Below, in pieces: positions 13,333 through 26,829 of a DNA stretch of 64,000 bases. This DNA comes from Octopus vulgaris (taxonomy: Eukaryota). The notes under the pieces are model-generated. The model searched no databases, was not told where the DNA came from, and was given only the letters and a program-made list of their open reading frames with translations. Location of the stretch: contig OX597816.1 of the NCBI GenBank assembly GCA_951406725.2, forward strand, positions 145,948,001-146,012,000, given 5' to 3'. The position numbers and the translations under genes were made by a program. Within the stretch, counting starts at the first letter, position 1. Every line of letters begins with the position of its first letter.

Positions 13333-13984
13333 GTATGTATGTATGTATGTATGTATGTATGTATGCATGTGTGTATATATGTGTGAATTATGTATATGTT
13401 TATATATATATATATATGTATGCATAAATACAAATGTATGTGTCTATATACATATACGTACATATATGCATACTATCTACATGTATACACACACACACAC
13501 ATACGGTAAAGGTTGCAAAATTATTTTAAACGCTCGACACTATATCTAGTAATATCATTTTGGGATCACATCCGGCAGGGATAAATATATTTATTTTTCG
13601 CTCTGTGTGTTACGTGACGACTACCTGCCAAATATTATGGCGTCGAAATAACCCATTAGAAACATCTCAAATTTTCATAAATTGAAACACAAAATTTGGC
13701 AGTATCGTCATTTTGTTATTTATACATTAGATATATTAGCTATATATAGTTGTACTTGAATCAATAATTTTTTGTGAACTTTGAATCGCATTCTTATACA
13801 ATATTTTTGCCATCCCTTCAACCTGCTTATGTTTTTTTTGTATACTGATTGGATGGACATTATGTTTTTATAAATGATACATTAAAGAAATTATACATAA
13901 AATTTAGCTACACAGTTAGGTATGAAAATCATATGTTCATGGCATTACATGATTGACTGGAAAACATCGCAAAAAAATCTATGA

Positions 13985-14808
13985 AAAGTTGATATCATTT
14001 GAGATGTAAATATAGAAACTACATATTTTAAGCAAATGAAACTAAACATGCTTAATATTGAGCAGCATATGGTTTATTCTTCCTAATTTGAGTGAGAATT
14101 TCAAAGGTATATGGATTGCATGAACGGTTTCACAAATGTTCAATATGCACAACGCCTGAGACACGGCACACGTCAAGTTGGTAGTCCAGCTCCTCTGAAA
14201 CATGCTGCTGCATGTCTTGGGTAAGTCTCCAGTGCGGTAGGGATTCTCTGCTCAAGTTCCTTGTCAGGAAGACGGAGGACATTGACCAAGCCCTTCATAT
14301 AGCCCCACGTTTGCGCCTTCGCTAATGAAACCCTACAAGTTGTAGCTTCTAGGGTTTCATTAGCAAGCCTTTCCTCAGGACGCGCCAAACTGTCGTTGGA
14401 GGAATATGCGATTCCAGATTTGTTCTTATGAATTTCTTGGGCCTTCGCATGAGTTTTTGGCGAACCCGCTCAACCGTCTCTTCCGATGTTAGTGATCGTC
14501 CGGATCCTTTTGCCTTGCACAGACAGCCTTCATCTTTGAATCTCTTGTGCCATGTCCAAATCTGAATTGTCGTTGGTGACATTTTAGAGAAGTCTTTCAT
14601 GCACGCGGCACAGTCTTGTTCAACACACAAAACGCCCTTTCTCTTCCAATGAATGCCATTTCTATACCTGAAAAGTGAAACATACCAAACTTGAAACATA
14701 TAATTGTGACCTGTTTCTACACATGCTGTTAAAATTTCAAGTAATTTGAACGAGAACTGGCAAAGTTATTAGCTTGCGCAATGATATCACTCTATTTGAA
14801 ACACCCAG
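13985..14808 (-). mobile_element. Tc1/mariner-superfamily remnant (DUF4817-type HTH), catalytic domain internally deleted
   Basis: WHKRFKDEGCLCKAKGSGRS..SEETVERVRQ..TTVWRVLRKGLLMKPYKL joined to WGYMK..EELDYQLDVCRVSGVVHIEHL*. TIR-like end ctgggtgtttcaaa next to TA. Confidence 0.8.
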
Positions 14809-15024
14809 TATATTGTATACTCTTTGCTTGGATTGCACCGCTGGAATTGAATGTTTGACATCCCTGTCAAGGATTTCGATCCTTACCTCCTATATATATA
14901 TATATCACGTGATCACGTGACTGACCAGACCATCAGATGTTTTACACATCGCTGGTTACAATGTGTTCGCATTGTTTTAGCCTTCGAATGACGCCACCCC
15001 GCTGGCTAAACGAGCAGGCCAGTA

Positions 15025-15072
<48 letters not shown>

Positions 15073-15399
15073 CTGTGTATTATTACTAGCGAAGAAACAC
15101 CTTGAACAATCGAGGAAATGCACAAACTTCAATATAAGCGGGAAGAGTTTTGTTTCATTTTAAAATTTTAGCCACGGGTTCTGAAGCGTAACACATTGTC
15201 GCCGGGACGTTCAGAATATACAAGATCTTTTGCAATGGTTTAAAATACGTGCATGGATAACATTAAGATAGCTTAAAACAGCATTACGGAATTTTGGGCC
15301 GATGCATTTTGCTGGTAAGTGAAAAGGTAAGTAGTATAAAACAGAAATAAATTTGTGCGGTAAAGGTTGTGAGTCACCAGAAATGCCGTCTATCTATTA

Positions 15400-15453
<54 letters not shown>

Positions 15454-15557
15454 CTAAATACATGAATATATACATACATAAATATATACATACATATATA
15501 TTACACACACAAAAAAATATATATACACACACAGATGTATGTACTAGTACTCATATA

Positions 15558-16990
15558 TAGTTGCGGCCAAAATGTTCAGAACGGCTTTGTTTTCTTCAGA
15601 AAAGTAAGTATAATTTTTTATCAAAGTTGTTTCATATTCTATAATTTTCACAGACAATAAATACAATATTAATTGTTATTGTCTGTGATTTTGGTGTAAT
15701 TTGAGAGGATAATACAAACGTTATGGATGATTTAGGGATTTACTGCAAAATGAATGGCGGCCAAAATGATCAGAACGGTTGAAAAAATAACAAAATAATC
15801 AAAAATGACAAAGAATACTGGAATTATTTAATATTTAGTGTGAAGCCCTTTAAAACCAATCACACTTTGACATCTTCGACTGCATGAGGAAATTAAAGTT
15901 TCAATTTCTTGCTAGGTGATCTTATTCCATTCTTCCTGAAGGGCATTCCATAATTGCTCGGTTGTTGTAGGATTTCTGGCTTTCAAACGTTCTCCTAGAA
16001 TATTCCACATATTTTCAATAGGATTGAGATCTGGGCTTTGAGCAGGCCAATCCATAACAATAACCTTTTCAGCCTTGAGGAAGTTCATGACCACTTTAGC
16101 CTTGTGAGATGGGGCATTGTCCTGCATGAATATGGGTGATCGCTTAGTTGAATTTCTCAGCACAGGCAAGGCATGATATTTTATAAGTTGTTTATAAATT
16201 CTTGCATTTACCTTTCCATGTAATCGCATCAAAGGGCCCACACCATCTCCAGATATCATCCTCCAAACCATGACTCTTTCTCCGCCGAATTTAACACTGG
16301 TCTTAAGGCATTTTAGGCGACAATTTTTCACCTACTTTTCGACGAACGTACCTTTTCCCATCTGTGAGACAAATAAGAAACTTAGATTCATCACTGAAAT
16401 GCACCGTTTGCCATTTTTCTTGAGACCACAACACATGTTCGGTTTCAAAGGTAAGACGACACGTTTTATTCTTGGAGCTGATCAGTGGCTTCACTGCAGG
16501 TGCTCTTGCTTGTAGTTCATGTTCAACTAAACGACAAGACAGTTTTTCGAGATAAAGTTTTCTTCAGTACAATGCTCATTTCCCGAGAAACAGCAGCAGC
16601 AGTTTTAAATCTGTCCATTTTAACCAACTTTACCATAGCACGATCTTCTCTCTTGGTCGTTTTCTTGGCCTACCTGTAGACTTTCTTGCTTCACACGAAC
16701 CACAATCATTGTAGACGTTAAGAATACCGTGAACAACACTTTTTGACTTGTTAACAATCTTTGCAATAGACCCAATACTTAAATTATCCTTTTTTCGAAG
16801 CTTAATAATCTGCTGGCGAATCGGTAACGGAGTAAGTGGCATTATATTAACAAAGTACACTGCAAATATTCTTACTAATGTTTAGTAAACGAACCGTCAC
16901 GTAAACAAATTCAAAACATTAGGGTTCGCCGGTTAAATATACTAAAACACGGAGTAAAAGCAACCGTTCTGATCATTTTGGCCGCAACTG
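15558..16990 (-). mobile_element. Full-length Tc1-family DNA transposon (DD34E)
   Basis: TIRs (c/t)agttgcggccaaaatg(a/t)tcagaacgg at both ends with TA TSDs. Confidence 0.93.
15828..16842 (-). pseudogene. Tc1 transposase, disrupted by frameshifts and a stop
   Basis: HTH ending STGRPRK, then FSDES, QDNAPSH...WPAQSPDLNPIEN (34 residues between D and E), ending GLHTKY*. Confidence 0.9.
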
Positions 16991-17128
16991 TATATATAAA
17001 TGTATTTAGATATATGTATGTATTTATACTTCCACATGTTTCTGTATGTATCTATAAATATATACATGTATATATACACACGCGTGTCTCTCTCTTCCTC
17101 TGTGTGCGTGCGTATGCATACACACACA

Positions 17129-17178
<50 letters not shown>

Positions 17179-17185
17179 GATAAAT

Positions 17186-17228
<43 letters not shown>

Positions 17229-17759
17229 CATATAATTTTATATATAAGTGTATATATATACATACATTTAAATACACATGTATCTATGTATATACATACA
17301 TATATACATATATAATAAAGAGAGAGAGAGGCAGAGTGAGCGAGAGAGGGAGAGAGAGAGAGGGGAGTGAGAGAAACTAATAGATAGACAGATATGAGTG
17401 TGTGTGCTTGTGTATATTTGAAGAAATATGCGAAATTTTTCAGCGTGTATATCAGCGTGTTTTGTGTAAACACGCTATTCTTTATGTCAGTGCTGACCAG
17501 AATCTCATTATAAAACATACATAAAATAAATTTGTCAAGACAGCCGTTGCCAGAAAGAATTACTTTTACTTCGCCCTTTTCTATTTCATATATTATATCA
17601 AAGATCGTATAAAGCAGAATAAAATACATCAAATACTTGACAACTGTAGCCAATTAAAAAAGTTCCAGAAGTCAAAACAAATAATAAAATCTCAAATAAA
17701 TATGAATATATACGTAAATACATGCATACATTAATACATACATACATACATACATACAT

Positions 17760-17844
<85 letters not shown>

Positions 17845-18778
17845 CATATCCATATATATATATACTTACATATATATTTATCTATGTATGTATATATATT
17901 ATATATATATATACTCGCACACACATTAAATAACACTGCGTAAAAACATTTATTATAGATTATAATAGATACGTCAATTTTATAGACCAAAGTTTAATTA
18001 TTTGTAGTTGCTATTTCATTTCAGGGAAACTTTAATAATTAATTATATAAATAACATATCAATTGTCCTTTTGTTTACATAAAAACAAACGCATACACTC
18101 ACACTCAGTCACTCTCCCCCCCCACACACACACAGACGCACAAACGCACACATATGCCAATACACATATATACAGTCGTCTATATTACAAGTATTTACGT
18201 ACCTACAGTTTGACAGGTATACTTACATATATACTTATACATGATTTCGAATTTGGACATACAACTTATAGTATGCTGTTTAAAGCCTGTTCACTGTGGT
18301 CGGCTACTTCATGTCATTAGCAATATGGATTTAAATACCACTGAATTTATTATTGGAATCCCTTCGTGTCCGCAGAGTTTATAGCGTGTATGTGTGTGCA
18401 TATTACCAAATGTATAATAATATACGCTGGATAATTTTACATTGTATGTCGTTTTACATTTGATTAGATACACCAAGGGAATTTACGACTTGTCAGACAC
18501 CTTAGATTGTACCAACAACCTACTATTCAACGTTACTCTTGTTTTTGATCAGCCCCTAGGCGCTAAATATTCATAAGGTTTGTTTTCTCTGTGTATACAA
18601 CCGGAGTATCTTCTTTGACACCTACCAAATATAGGCCAGAGTCACAGATTTATCGAACTCTACGTGGTGCATATCTATCTAACTATTCTATATCTATATC
18701 TATCTTTCAATCTATATATCTATCTGTATGTATATATATATATATAATAAAAAGTTTTGAATGGTTCGATAATGCCCT

Positions 18779-19650
18779 ATAATACAAACAATAGGTTATA
18801 TACCTTTTGTTAATTTGGGGCCCCAGTCTATGTATGAGTAGAACTTCCTTAATTCTTAAATTACCCATTCGCCTCATTTGTTACTGTTACGCTTTTCCGG
18901 CATCTGTCTAGATGTTTTCTGAAGGAGGGGGTTTTGTGTTCAGATGGTCTTTGATACAGACGTGTAACGGTCTTTTTGTGCTACCCAAATATGTTACGTT
19001 ATATTCTATACGCAACATTTACCCGTTGTCATCAAACTGTGTCACGGATGGGACAGTTTCTTAGTGTACATTGATTGTTGTCTCTTGTTAGTTTCTTTAT
19101 GTTGTGTCGCCTCAGAGAAGGGCCGGAGTGGGCTAGTTGTATGTCTAGCCCAAATCTTCTTATGGCTCTTCGGATGAATGTAGTTATCCTCTCGCTAAAA
19201 TGTGGCATTTTAAGGAAGCATATGTTGCTGGGTTTTCTATGTGTTTGGCGTGTTGGTCGTCTTGGGTAATTAAGCCGATTTACAATGGATCTAGGGCACC
19301 CGTTGGTTTTCAATATATCTAGGAAGCGTGTAGTGTGGGTCACCTTGTCCTCCGTTCTGCTGCACTTAACCTGGATGCGTGCAAGTTCATTTCTGGCGTA
19401 TCCTATTTTGGCACCGAGTAGACGTGCTGAATTGTATTGGACAAACATATCTCTACTGGCTGCTTTCCTGTAGAACTCAGCTTGGATCTCCCGTTCTTCC
19501 GTTATATTCAGTTTGAAGTCAAGTAGTGATAGCGATTCAGTGATGCCGGGATGTTCTATAGTGAACTTTCTGTTCATGTCCATGTTACTGAACGTCGTGA
19601 ATATTCCGTCCGCCTTATCACGGGAGGATGTGAGTATGAAAATGTCATCT
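18779..19650 (-). mobile_element. Penelope-like retroelement remnant (RT C-terminus, thumb, Cys linker, GIY-YIG)
   Basis: DDIFIL..KFTIEHP..LSLLDF..FYRK..NG(C)P..LKMPH..CTLRNCPIRD, then YLGSTKRPLH..IKDHL..NLRIKEVLLIHRLGPQIN. Confidence 0.85.
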
Positions 19651-19770
19651 GGAGAAGAAATTTTATTCCGAAATATCATATCATACTATGGGTGACTAAA
19701 TTACAACAGGTATATAGTCCATTGTTTGTATTATAGTGCATTGTATCATTCAAAACTGTTTATTCTTTAC
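19644..19770 (+). repeat. Inverted PLE pLTR-like segment with degenerate hammerhead motif
   Basis: 19698-19765 is an inverted homolog of 18746-18816. Carries CTGGAGA-a-gaaat.ttt.attcc-GAAA at 19649-19673. Confidence 0.6.
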
Positions 19771-19854
19771 AAACAATACACAATACTTCAAGCGAACTAC
19801 AATACTCTCCTATATATATACATATGCATACATACATACATACATACATACATA

Positions 19855-21144
19855 CGAGGGACGTTCAATAAGTAATGCCTCTGACTCATTTGCATTTGTT
19901 CGATCTAGCTGAAATTTTGCATGGGCAATTATTTATATCTCTATAGATTAAGTGACAAATTACAGCTCTAAGCTAATTGTGGTTTCTGATTTACAGGTGT
20001 TTGAACTGAGTCAAGTGTGAAATGGAGCCTATTGAGTGTCGAGCAGTGATCCGGTTTTTGTATTTGAAAGGACGCACACCACAGGAGACTTTTGATGAAA
20101 TGAAGGAAACTTATGGTGATGATGCCCCATCATATGACCTTGTAAAACGCTGGCATCGTGAATTCAAACATGGTCGGAGCTCTGTGGAAACAGCTCTCAG
20201 ATCTGGTCACCCCCTCCTGCCATTGATGAGGCATCTGTCCGTCAAGTTGAGGCTGACATTTTGGAAGATCGATGCATAACTATTCGCCAAATAGCCCATG
20301 AGGTCAAGATTAGTACTGGGTCTGTGGAAACTATCATTCATGACCATTTGCATATGCAAAAGGTGTCTGCCAGATGGATTCCCAGGTTGCTCATACCTTT
20401 CCAGAAGCAAGAACGCGTCGAGTGCTCGAGGATGAATTTGGAGATGTGCCAAGAAGATGAGTCAAAATTTTCAAAAGACTGATTACACAGGATGAAACCT
20501 GGGTCCATCACTATGATTCAGAGACCAAAACCCAGTCAATGCAGTGGATGCTCCGTGACTCACCTCCTCCAAAGAAGGCAAGGGTGCAGCCATCCGCTGG
20601 CAAGGTCATGCTCACAGTCTTCTGGGACCAGGACGGGGTAGTGATGACAGATTTCCTGGCAAAGGGTACCACAATTACAGGAGCCTATTATGCTTCACTT
20701 TTGAGGAAATTAAGAGAAGCTATCAAAATCAAGAGGTGGGGCAAGCTCAGCAAAGGCATCCTCCTCCTGCAGGACAACGCTCCGGTCCACAACTCGCGTG
20801 TCGCCAGATCAGAAGCACAGGCGTGCTGCTATGAACTCCTCCCCCATCCCCCCTACGCTCCTGACCTTGCACCCTCTGGTTTTCACCTCTTCCCAGCCAT
20901 GAAGTTGTTTTTGAAAGGAAAGCATTTCACAGATGATGCAGCCTTGATTTCTAAAGTCATGTCATGGATGGAGGACCAAGCTGGGGTCTTCTACAAAAAC
21001 GGTCTCCAGCGCTGCATCAAACAATGGGAGAAATGCGTAACTCTGAGTGGTTCCTATGTAGATAAAGACTAATAACTGTGCCAAGTTTCGTTGCTCTACT
21101 TCTATGGGAAGTGGGTCAGGGGCATTACTTATTGAACGCCCCTC

Positions 21145-21145
<1 letters not shown>
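19855..21145 (+). mobile_element. Full-length mariner transposon (about 1.29 kb, irritans-like TIR)
   Basis: TIRs cgaggg(a/g)cgttcaataagtaatgcc with TA TSDs. Confidence 0.95.
20022..21072 (+). pseudogene. Mariner DD34D transposase with two frameshifts and third catalytic D changed to G
   Basis: MEPIECRAVIRFL..WIPRLL..QDETWVH..QDNAPVH..YAPDLAPSGF, against the consensus YSPDLAPSDF. Confidence 0.92.
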
Positions 21146-21206
<61 letters not shown>

Positions 21207-21212
21207 ATTTAT

Positions 21213-21260
<48 letters not shown>

Positions 21261-22392
21261 GTATGTATATATACATATATATATGTGTGTGTGTGTGTGT
21301 GTGTATACATCAAACGGTATAGTATACTTTAAGCAGATATATTGTTGAAAGCCTGCTATAATGCAGTATTCTTCTTCAGAGAGTATCTCATACTGTGATA
21401 TATCTTTAAAATACATTGCAAAGTGAAGAAAAACGGAAGTACATCACCTACAGCCGAAATTTGCCAAGAAGCCTGTAGCAATTTCAAGTGACGTATTTAC
21501 CTTTCTCTTAGCTTCATCCGTAGCACGTATCCACTGGCATTCTAGGCGAGGTGAAAATCGTTTGCTATCCCATAGATTTAAATATGGGCAGCTAAATCAC
21601 TGAAGTAGCATTTTACCAGTTGGCTAAATAAAATTTGTTATCAGTATTAGCTCACAATGGCAAACTGTATGTATTAATTAAAGCATATCTGTTTTTGAAA
21701 ACTTTCTCTAATGCAGTATTTGTCTGGAGAAGAGCGCAGTTTAGTAGTCTTTCAACACTTTCGATGTGAGGTCTGTAGATACAAATTCTGGTCGTCTAAG
21801 AGACCATAAATATCCATTCAGAAGTCATCGTTTATGTCTCCATGGAAACAAGATCTACATATTTCCATGTCGCTCCAGAGTGTGAGGCCAAGTTTTCATT
21901 GACTTATTCAAGTAAAAATTGTAAAGGAAAGTGAGGGTAGAGATGGAACCGCTTCCTCCAAGATGTTTTTGTTGAAAGGTAGGAGTATGTGACGAGGTTG
22001 GCCTATATAAATGATCCTACTCTGAAATACCCTTTTAAGCGGGTAGTGTTGAGAAGCGGAGAGGTATCTGCTTGGGGTGCCCTTTACGGTCGGGGTGACC
22101 ATGATATGATGTGTTCCTCGGTCGGCTCTGGACGGAAGCCCTCCAATTTTTGTGATATTTTATTTGTTTAAATTTTGCTCCAAGAGTTTTTATTGTATAC
22201 ACATATTTATGTTAAGACCCACTTGCCCCTGTTTTCTTCTGACTCTTTTTGTTTGGTGTTCGGCATGTGTGGCCGCTATAGCTAAGATGACCATTGTTGT
22301 TGTTGTTGTTATTATTATTATTTTTATTATTATTGTTGTTGTTGTTATTGTTATTATCATTTTTATTATTAATATTATTATTATTATTATTC

Positions 22393-24315
22393 AGTAGTTT
22401 TATTTTTATAGCGTGCTTTCACTTCACTACCGAGCGCAGCTCTGTGTGCCTTGGGTATGTGCTGTGATTTGTTGTGATGCTCTGATGGTTATTGTATGGA
22501 AAGTGTTCTGCGTAGGATGTGTGCAGTGCCTAGTAGTGCAATTTTCTGTATGTTATATGTGTTTGTAAGTCCTGGTGTTTTTGTTATGTATTTGTCTGAA
22601 TATTTTTTATCATGCCTAATGCACCTACTATGATAGGAATTGTTTCTGTCTTCAGATTCCACATTCTAGTTACCTCTATTTCCAGGTCTTTGTATTTTGA
22701 GAGTTTCTCCATTTCTTTTAAAGACACGTTGTCATCTACCGGTATTGATACATCAATTAGAAAGCATTTTTTTCTTCATGATCTCTGACAACTATATCTG
22801 GTCTGTTGGCCTTAATTTCTCTATCTGTGTGTATCGGCATATCCCAGAGTATGGTTGCTTTCTCGTTTTCTGTGACCTTTTCTGGTGTGTGCCTATACCA
22901 TCTTTTTTCTGTTGTTATTCCATAATGTTGGCATAGCTTCCAATGTATGTAGGTTCCAACTCTGTCATGTCTGTGAATATATTCCTTCTTAGCCAGGACT
23001 GGGCAGCTAGAGATAATATGATTTATTGTTTCTTGTCCATCTCCACATATTCTGCAGTTACTTGTAATATTTCTTTTCATTACATGTTTTTGGTAATTTC
23101 TGGTGGGGAGGCTTTGGTCTTGTGCTGCAATTAAAAATCCCTCTGTTTCTGCTTTGAGTCCTGAGCTTCTCAACCATTGCTGGGATTTTTCTTTGTCAAT
23201 TTCTTTTGCGTTTAGTTTAGTGCAGTATTTACCATGAAGGGGCTTTTCTTGCCATCGTTTTATCATGGTTCGTTGCTGTTCTATTTTTAGTTTGGATTTC
23301 ATTTGTTTTATAGCTTTTGTTGTTTCTTCATCATCTTCTTCTTCTTCTTCGTGTTTATTAGGTGGTATGATTTCTTGTTTGTATTTGTCAGCTTCCTTAA
23401 ATACTGAGAACAGTTTTTTGTTATGCTCGTGTTTTGCTGCTATCTGGATCAGTTTTCCTTCCTTCGGAAGTAGGTATTTTTGCAGTCCTATGGTGGTTAT
23501 TTTATAGTAGTTTTCCAGCTATTTTATAGTAGTTTTCCAGGCCTGTACCACCTTCTATACGTTGTATATATAGTCTTTCTATGTCAGATTTTGGGTGATG
23601 CATCCTAGATCCTGTCGGTATTTTTCTTGTTTTCCTATCTATTTTGGACAGTTCATTTCGTGTCCAGTTAAGGGTATTGTAGCTGTAACTTATAACTGGG
23701 ACAGCTAAAGTGTTGATACCTATTATCTTGTTTTTAGCATTGAGCTCTGTTTTTAGTATTGATCTAACTCGTCTATAATATTCTTTTTTTATTTTCACTT
23801 TCATTTGTGTGTGTTGTGTCTTATCTAGTTCATGGATTCCTAAGTATTTGTAAGTTTGGCTTTGGTCTAATTCTTTTATTTCATTGGTTTTATCTAGTGT
23901 GATGTTGTTACTCTTAACTAGTTTTCCTCTTTTCATGGTTACTTTGGCGCATTTTTCTAATCCAAATTTCATATCTATTTCTTTGGTAAATCCACGAACT
24001 GTCTTTAATAGTGTTTCCAGCTGTTTGTCATTTGCAGCGTATAGTTTTAGGTCATCCATATATAAAAGGTGGCTGGTCGTTTGCCGTAACATTTATATCC
24101 GCATCCAGTTCTATTTAGCATATCAGATAGAGGTGACAGTGCCAAGCAGAAAAGGAGTGGAGAGAGCGTGTCTCCCTGGAATATTCCTCTTCTAATGGGG
24201 ATGTCTTTGGTTTTCATGAGTCCCTCTTTTGTTTGGAGGTGTAGGACTGTTTTGCCATTTATTCATAGAGTGCTCTATGAATTTTATGATTGTTGGTGCT
24301 ACTTTGTTAATGGCT
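22393..24315 (-). mobile_element. 5'-truncated R4/Dong LINE (RT C-terminal half, CCHC, RLE, 3' UTR), relatively young
   Basis: GIFQGDTLSP, LYMDDLKLY, HPKSDIERLY, CRICGDGQETINHIISSC, RHD, RPDIV, TAHILRRTLSIQ*. Both ends sit in TAA-type repeats. Confidence 0.93.
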
Positions 24316-24428
24316 AGTTATTAATGGCTTTGTTATTATTATTATTATTGTTATTATTGATATTATTATTATAAGTGTTATTATTACTATTAATAATAAT
24401 AATAATAATGATGATGATGATGATGATA

Positions 24429-24522
<94 letters not shown>

Positions 24523-24529
24523 TAATAAT

Positions 24530-24640
24530 AAGGTGTCGAATTGTCAGAATCGTTAGCACGCCGGACCAAAATGTTTAGCCGTTTTTCGTCTGCCGCTACG
24601 TTCTGCGTTCAAATTCCAACGCGATTAACTTTGCTTTACA
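24530..24640 (+). mobile_element. SINE type 1 head, truncated
   Basis: aaggtgtcgaattgtcagaatcgttagcacgccgg (A-box region)...cgttcaaattcc (B box). Confidence 0.7.
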
Positions 24641-25503
24641 TCCATTGCTGGGATTTTTCTTTGTCTATTTCTTTTGCGTTTAGTTTAGTCCAGTATTTAC
24701 CATGAAGGGGCTTTTCTTGCCATCGTTTTATCATGGTTCGTTGCTGTTCTATTTTTAGTTTGGATTTCATTTGTTTTATAGCTTTTGTTGTTTCTTCATC
24801 TTCTTCGTCTTCTTCTTCATATTTATTAGGTGGTATGATTTCTTGTTTGTATTTGTCAGCTTCCTTAAATACTGAGAATAGTTTTTTGTCTTGCTCGTGT
24901 TTTGCTGCTATTTGTATCAGTTTTCCTTCCTTCTGAAGTAGATATTTTTGCAATCCTATGGTGGTTATTTTATAGTAGTTTTCCAGTTGTATAAGGCCTG
25001 TACCACCTTCTATACGTTGTATATATAGTCTTTCTATGTCAGATTTTGGGTGATGCATCCTAGATCCTGTCAGTATTTTTCTTGTTTTCCTATCTATTTT
25101 GGTCAGTTCATTTAGTGTCCAGTTAAGGATATTGTAGCTGTAACTTATAACTGGGACAGCTAAAGTGTTAATACCTATTATCTTGTTTATAGCATTGAGC
25201 TCTGTTTTTAGTATTGATCTAAATTGTCTATAATATTCTTTTTTTATTTTCTCTTTCATTTGTGTGTGTTGTGTCTTATCTAGTTCGTGGATTCCTAAGT
25301 ATTTGTAAGTTTGGCTTTGGTCTAATTCTTTTGTTTCATTTTATCTAGTGTGATGGTGCTACTCTTAACTAGTTTTCCTCTTTTCAGGGTTACTTTGGCG
25401 CATTTTTCTAATCCAAATTTCATATCTATTTCTTTGGTAAATCCACGAACTGTCTTTAATAGTGTTTCCAGCTGTTTGTCATTTGCAGCGTATAGTTTTA
25501 GGT
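24640..25503 (-). mobile_element. Second, highly similar internal R4/Dong fragment
   Basis: The 207-aa ORF is near-identical to the corresponding part of 22393-24315. It lacks both ends. Confidence 0.9.
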
Positions 25504-25548
25504 TAATAGTGTTTCCAGCTGTTTGTCATTTGCAACGTATAGTTTTAG

Positions 25549-25625
<77 letters not shown>

Positions 25626-25672
25626 TGCTGCTCTTGTTCTTAAACATTATGACCATGATCATGGTCTTCACT

Positions 25673-25713
<41 letters not shown>

Positions 25714-25834
25714 CGTTCATGGGAAGTGCTGTATCTCGCTCACGTTTGTCATTTGCAGCGTATAGTTTAGGTTAATAGTGGTTCCAGCTGTTTGTCATTT
25801 GCAACGTATAGTTTTAGGTTATTATTATTATTAA

Positions 25835-25870
<36 letters not shown>

Positions 25871-25917
25871 TGCTGCACTTGTTCTTAAACATTATGACCA
25901 TGATCATGGTCTTCACT

Positions 25918-25949
<32 letters not shown>

Positions 25950-26056
25950 CGTTCATGGGAACTGCTGTATCTCGCTCACATTTGTCATTTGCAGCGTATA
26001 GTTTTAGGTTAATAGTGTTTCCAGCTGTTTGTCATTTGCAGCGTATCGATTTAGGT
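25504..26056. repeat. Composite tandem repeat (Dong RT snippet, (TTA)n, and a segment also found at 28280-28388)
   Basis: Units at about 25504-25771 and 25772-26007, plus a partial third. Confidence 0.85.
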
Positions 26057-26058
26057 TA

Positions 26059-26329
26059 TCTCTTATTATAAAAGGCAGATTTTATCTGCCTCCCTTTGGG
26101 AGTTATACAAATCTACAATATAGCATTTCTTCAATTACAATTTACCTAGCATTTTTAAGAGTACAATGCATCGCGTCATGCCAGGTCCAGTTTTTAAAAT
26201 TTAAACTCCAATTAAGAAAAATTTACAGAAAACTCACATTCTGGTGTGTGTGTCAAATGCTTTTCTTAGTCTGGCTTACACCACACGCAAACGCACACAC
26301 ACAGTGGGCAACGAATAAAATGAAAGTAA
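26059..26329 (+). mobile_element. Helitron-like 5' fragment, family B copy 1
   Basis: Begins A|TCTCTTATTATAAAAG with hairpin aggcaga-tttta-tctgcct. A near-identical inverted copy lies at 38909-39181. Confidence 0.65.
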
Positions 26330-26590
26330 ATAGCGACAGAGTGATTTGAGGAAGACTAAAGTGAAAGTATTCTGTCTATGACGCTGATAGATACATGAGT
26401 TAAATGTATGGGAAGCTAAGAGCTAAGAGTGAGTGAAAATGTTCTTGGAAGAGAGTAATTAGTAATAAAGTAAACATACACTCATACATACATACATACA
26501 TACATACATACATACATACATACATACATACACACACACACATACACACACACATACATACACACACACATACATACACACACATACATA

Positions 26591-26624
<34 letters not shown>

Positions 26625-26781
26625 CATACATACATATACATACATACATACACACACACATACACACACACACAGTATTGAAGCTTGAGAACAATCAGAT
26701 ACATTTGCAACACATCTGTTGAAAATATTATTGTTCACACACATACATATACATATATACATACAGACAGACAGACAGATA

Positions 26782-26829
<48 letters not shown>

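Noticed and set aside
21720-22150. GC-richer segment possibly from a LINE ORF1 (PPRCFC..), with a similar doubt for 7420-7780 and 10720-11520
   Set aside because: Too degraded to assign a family by eye.
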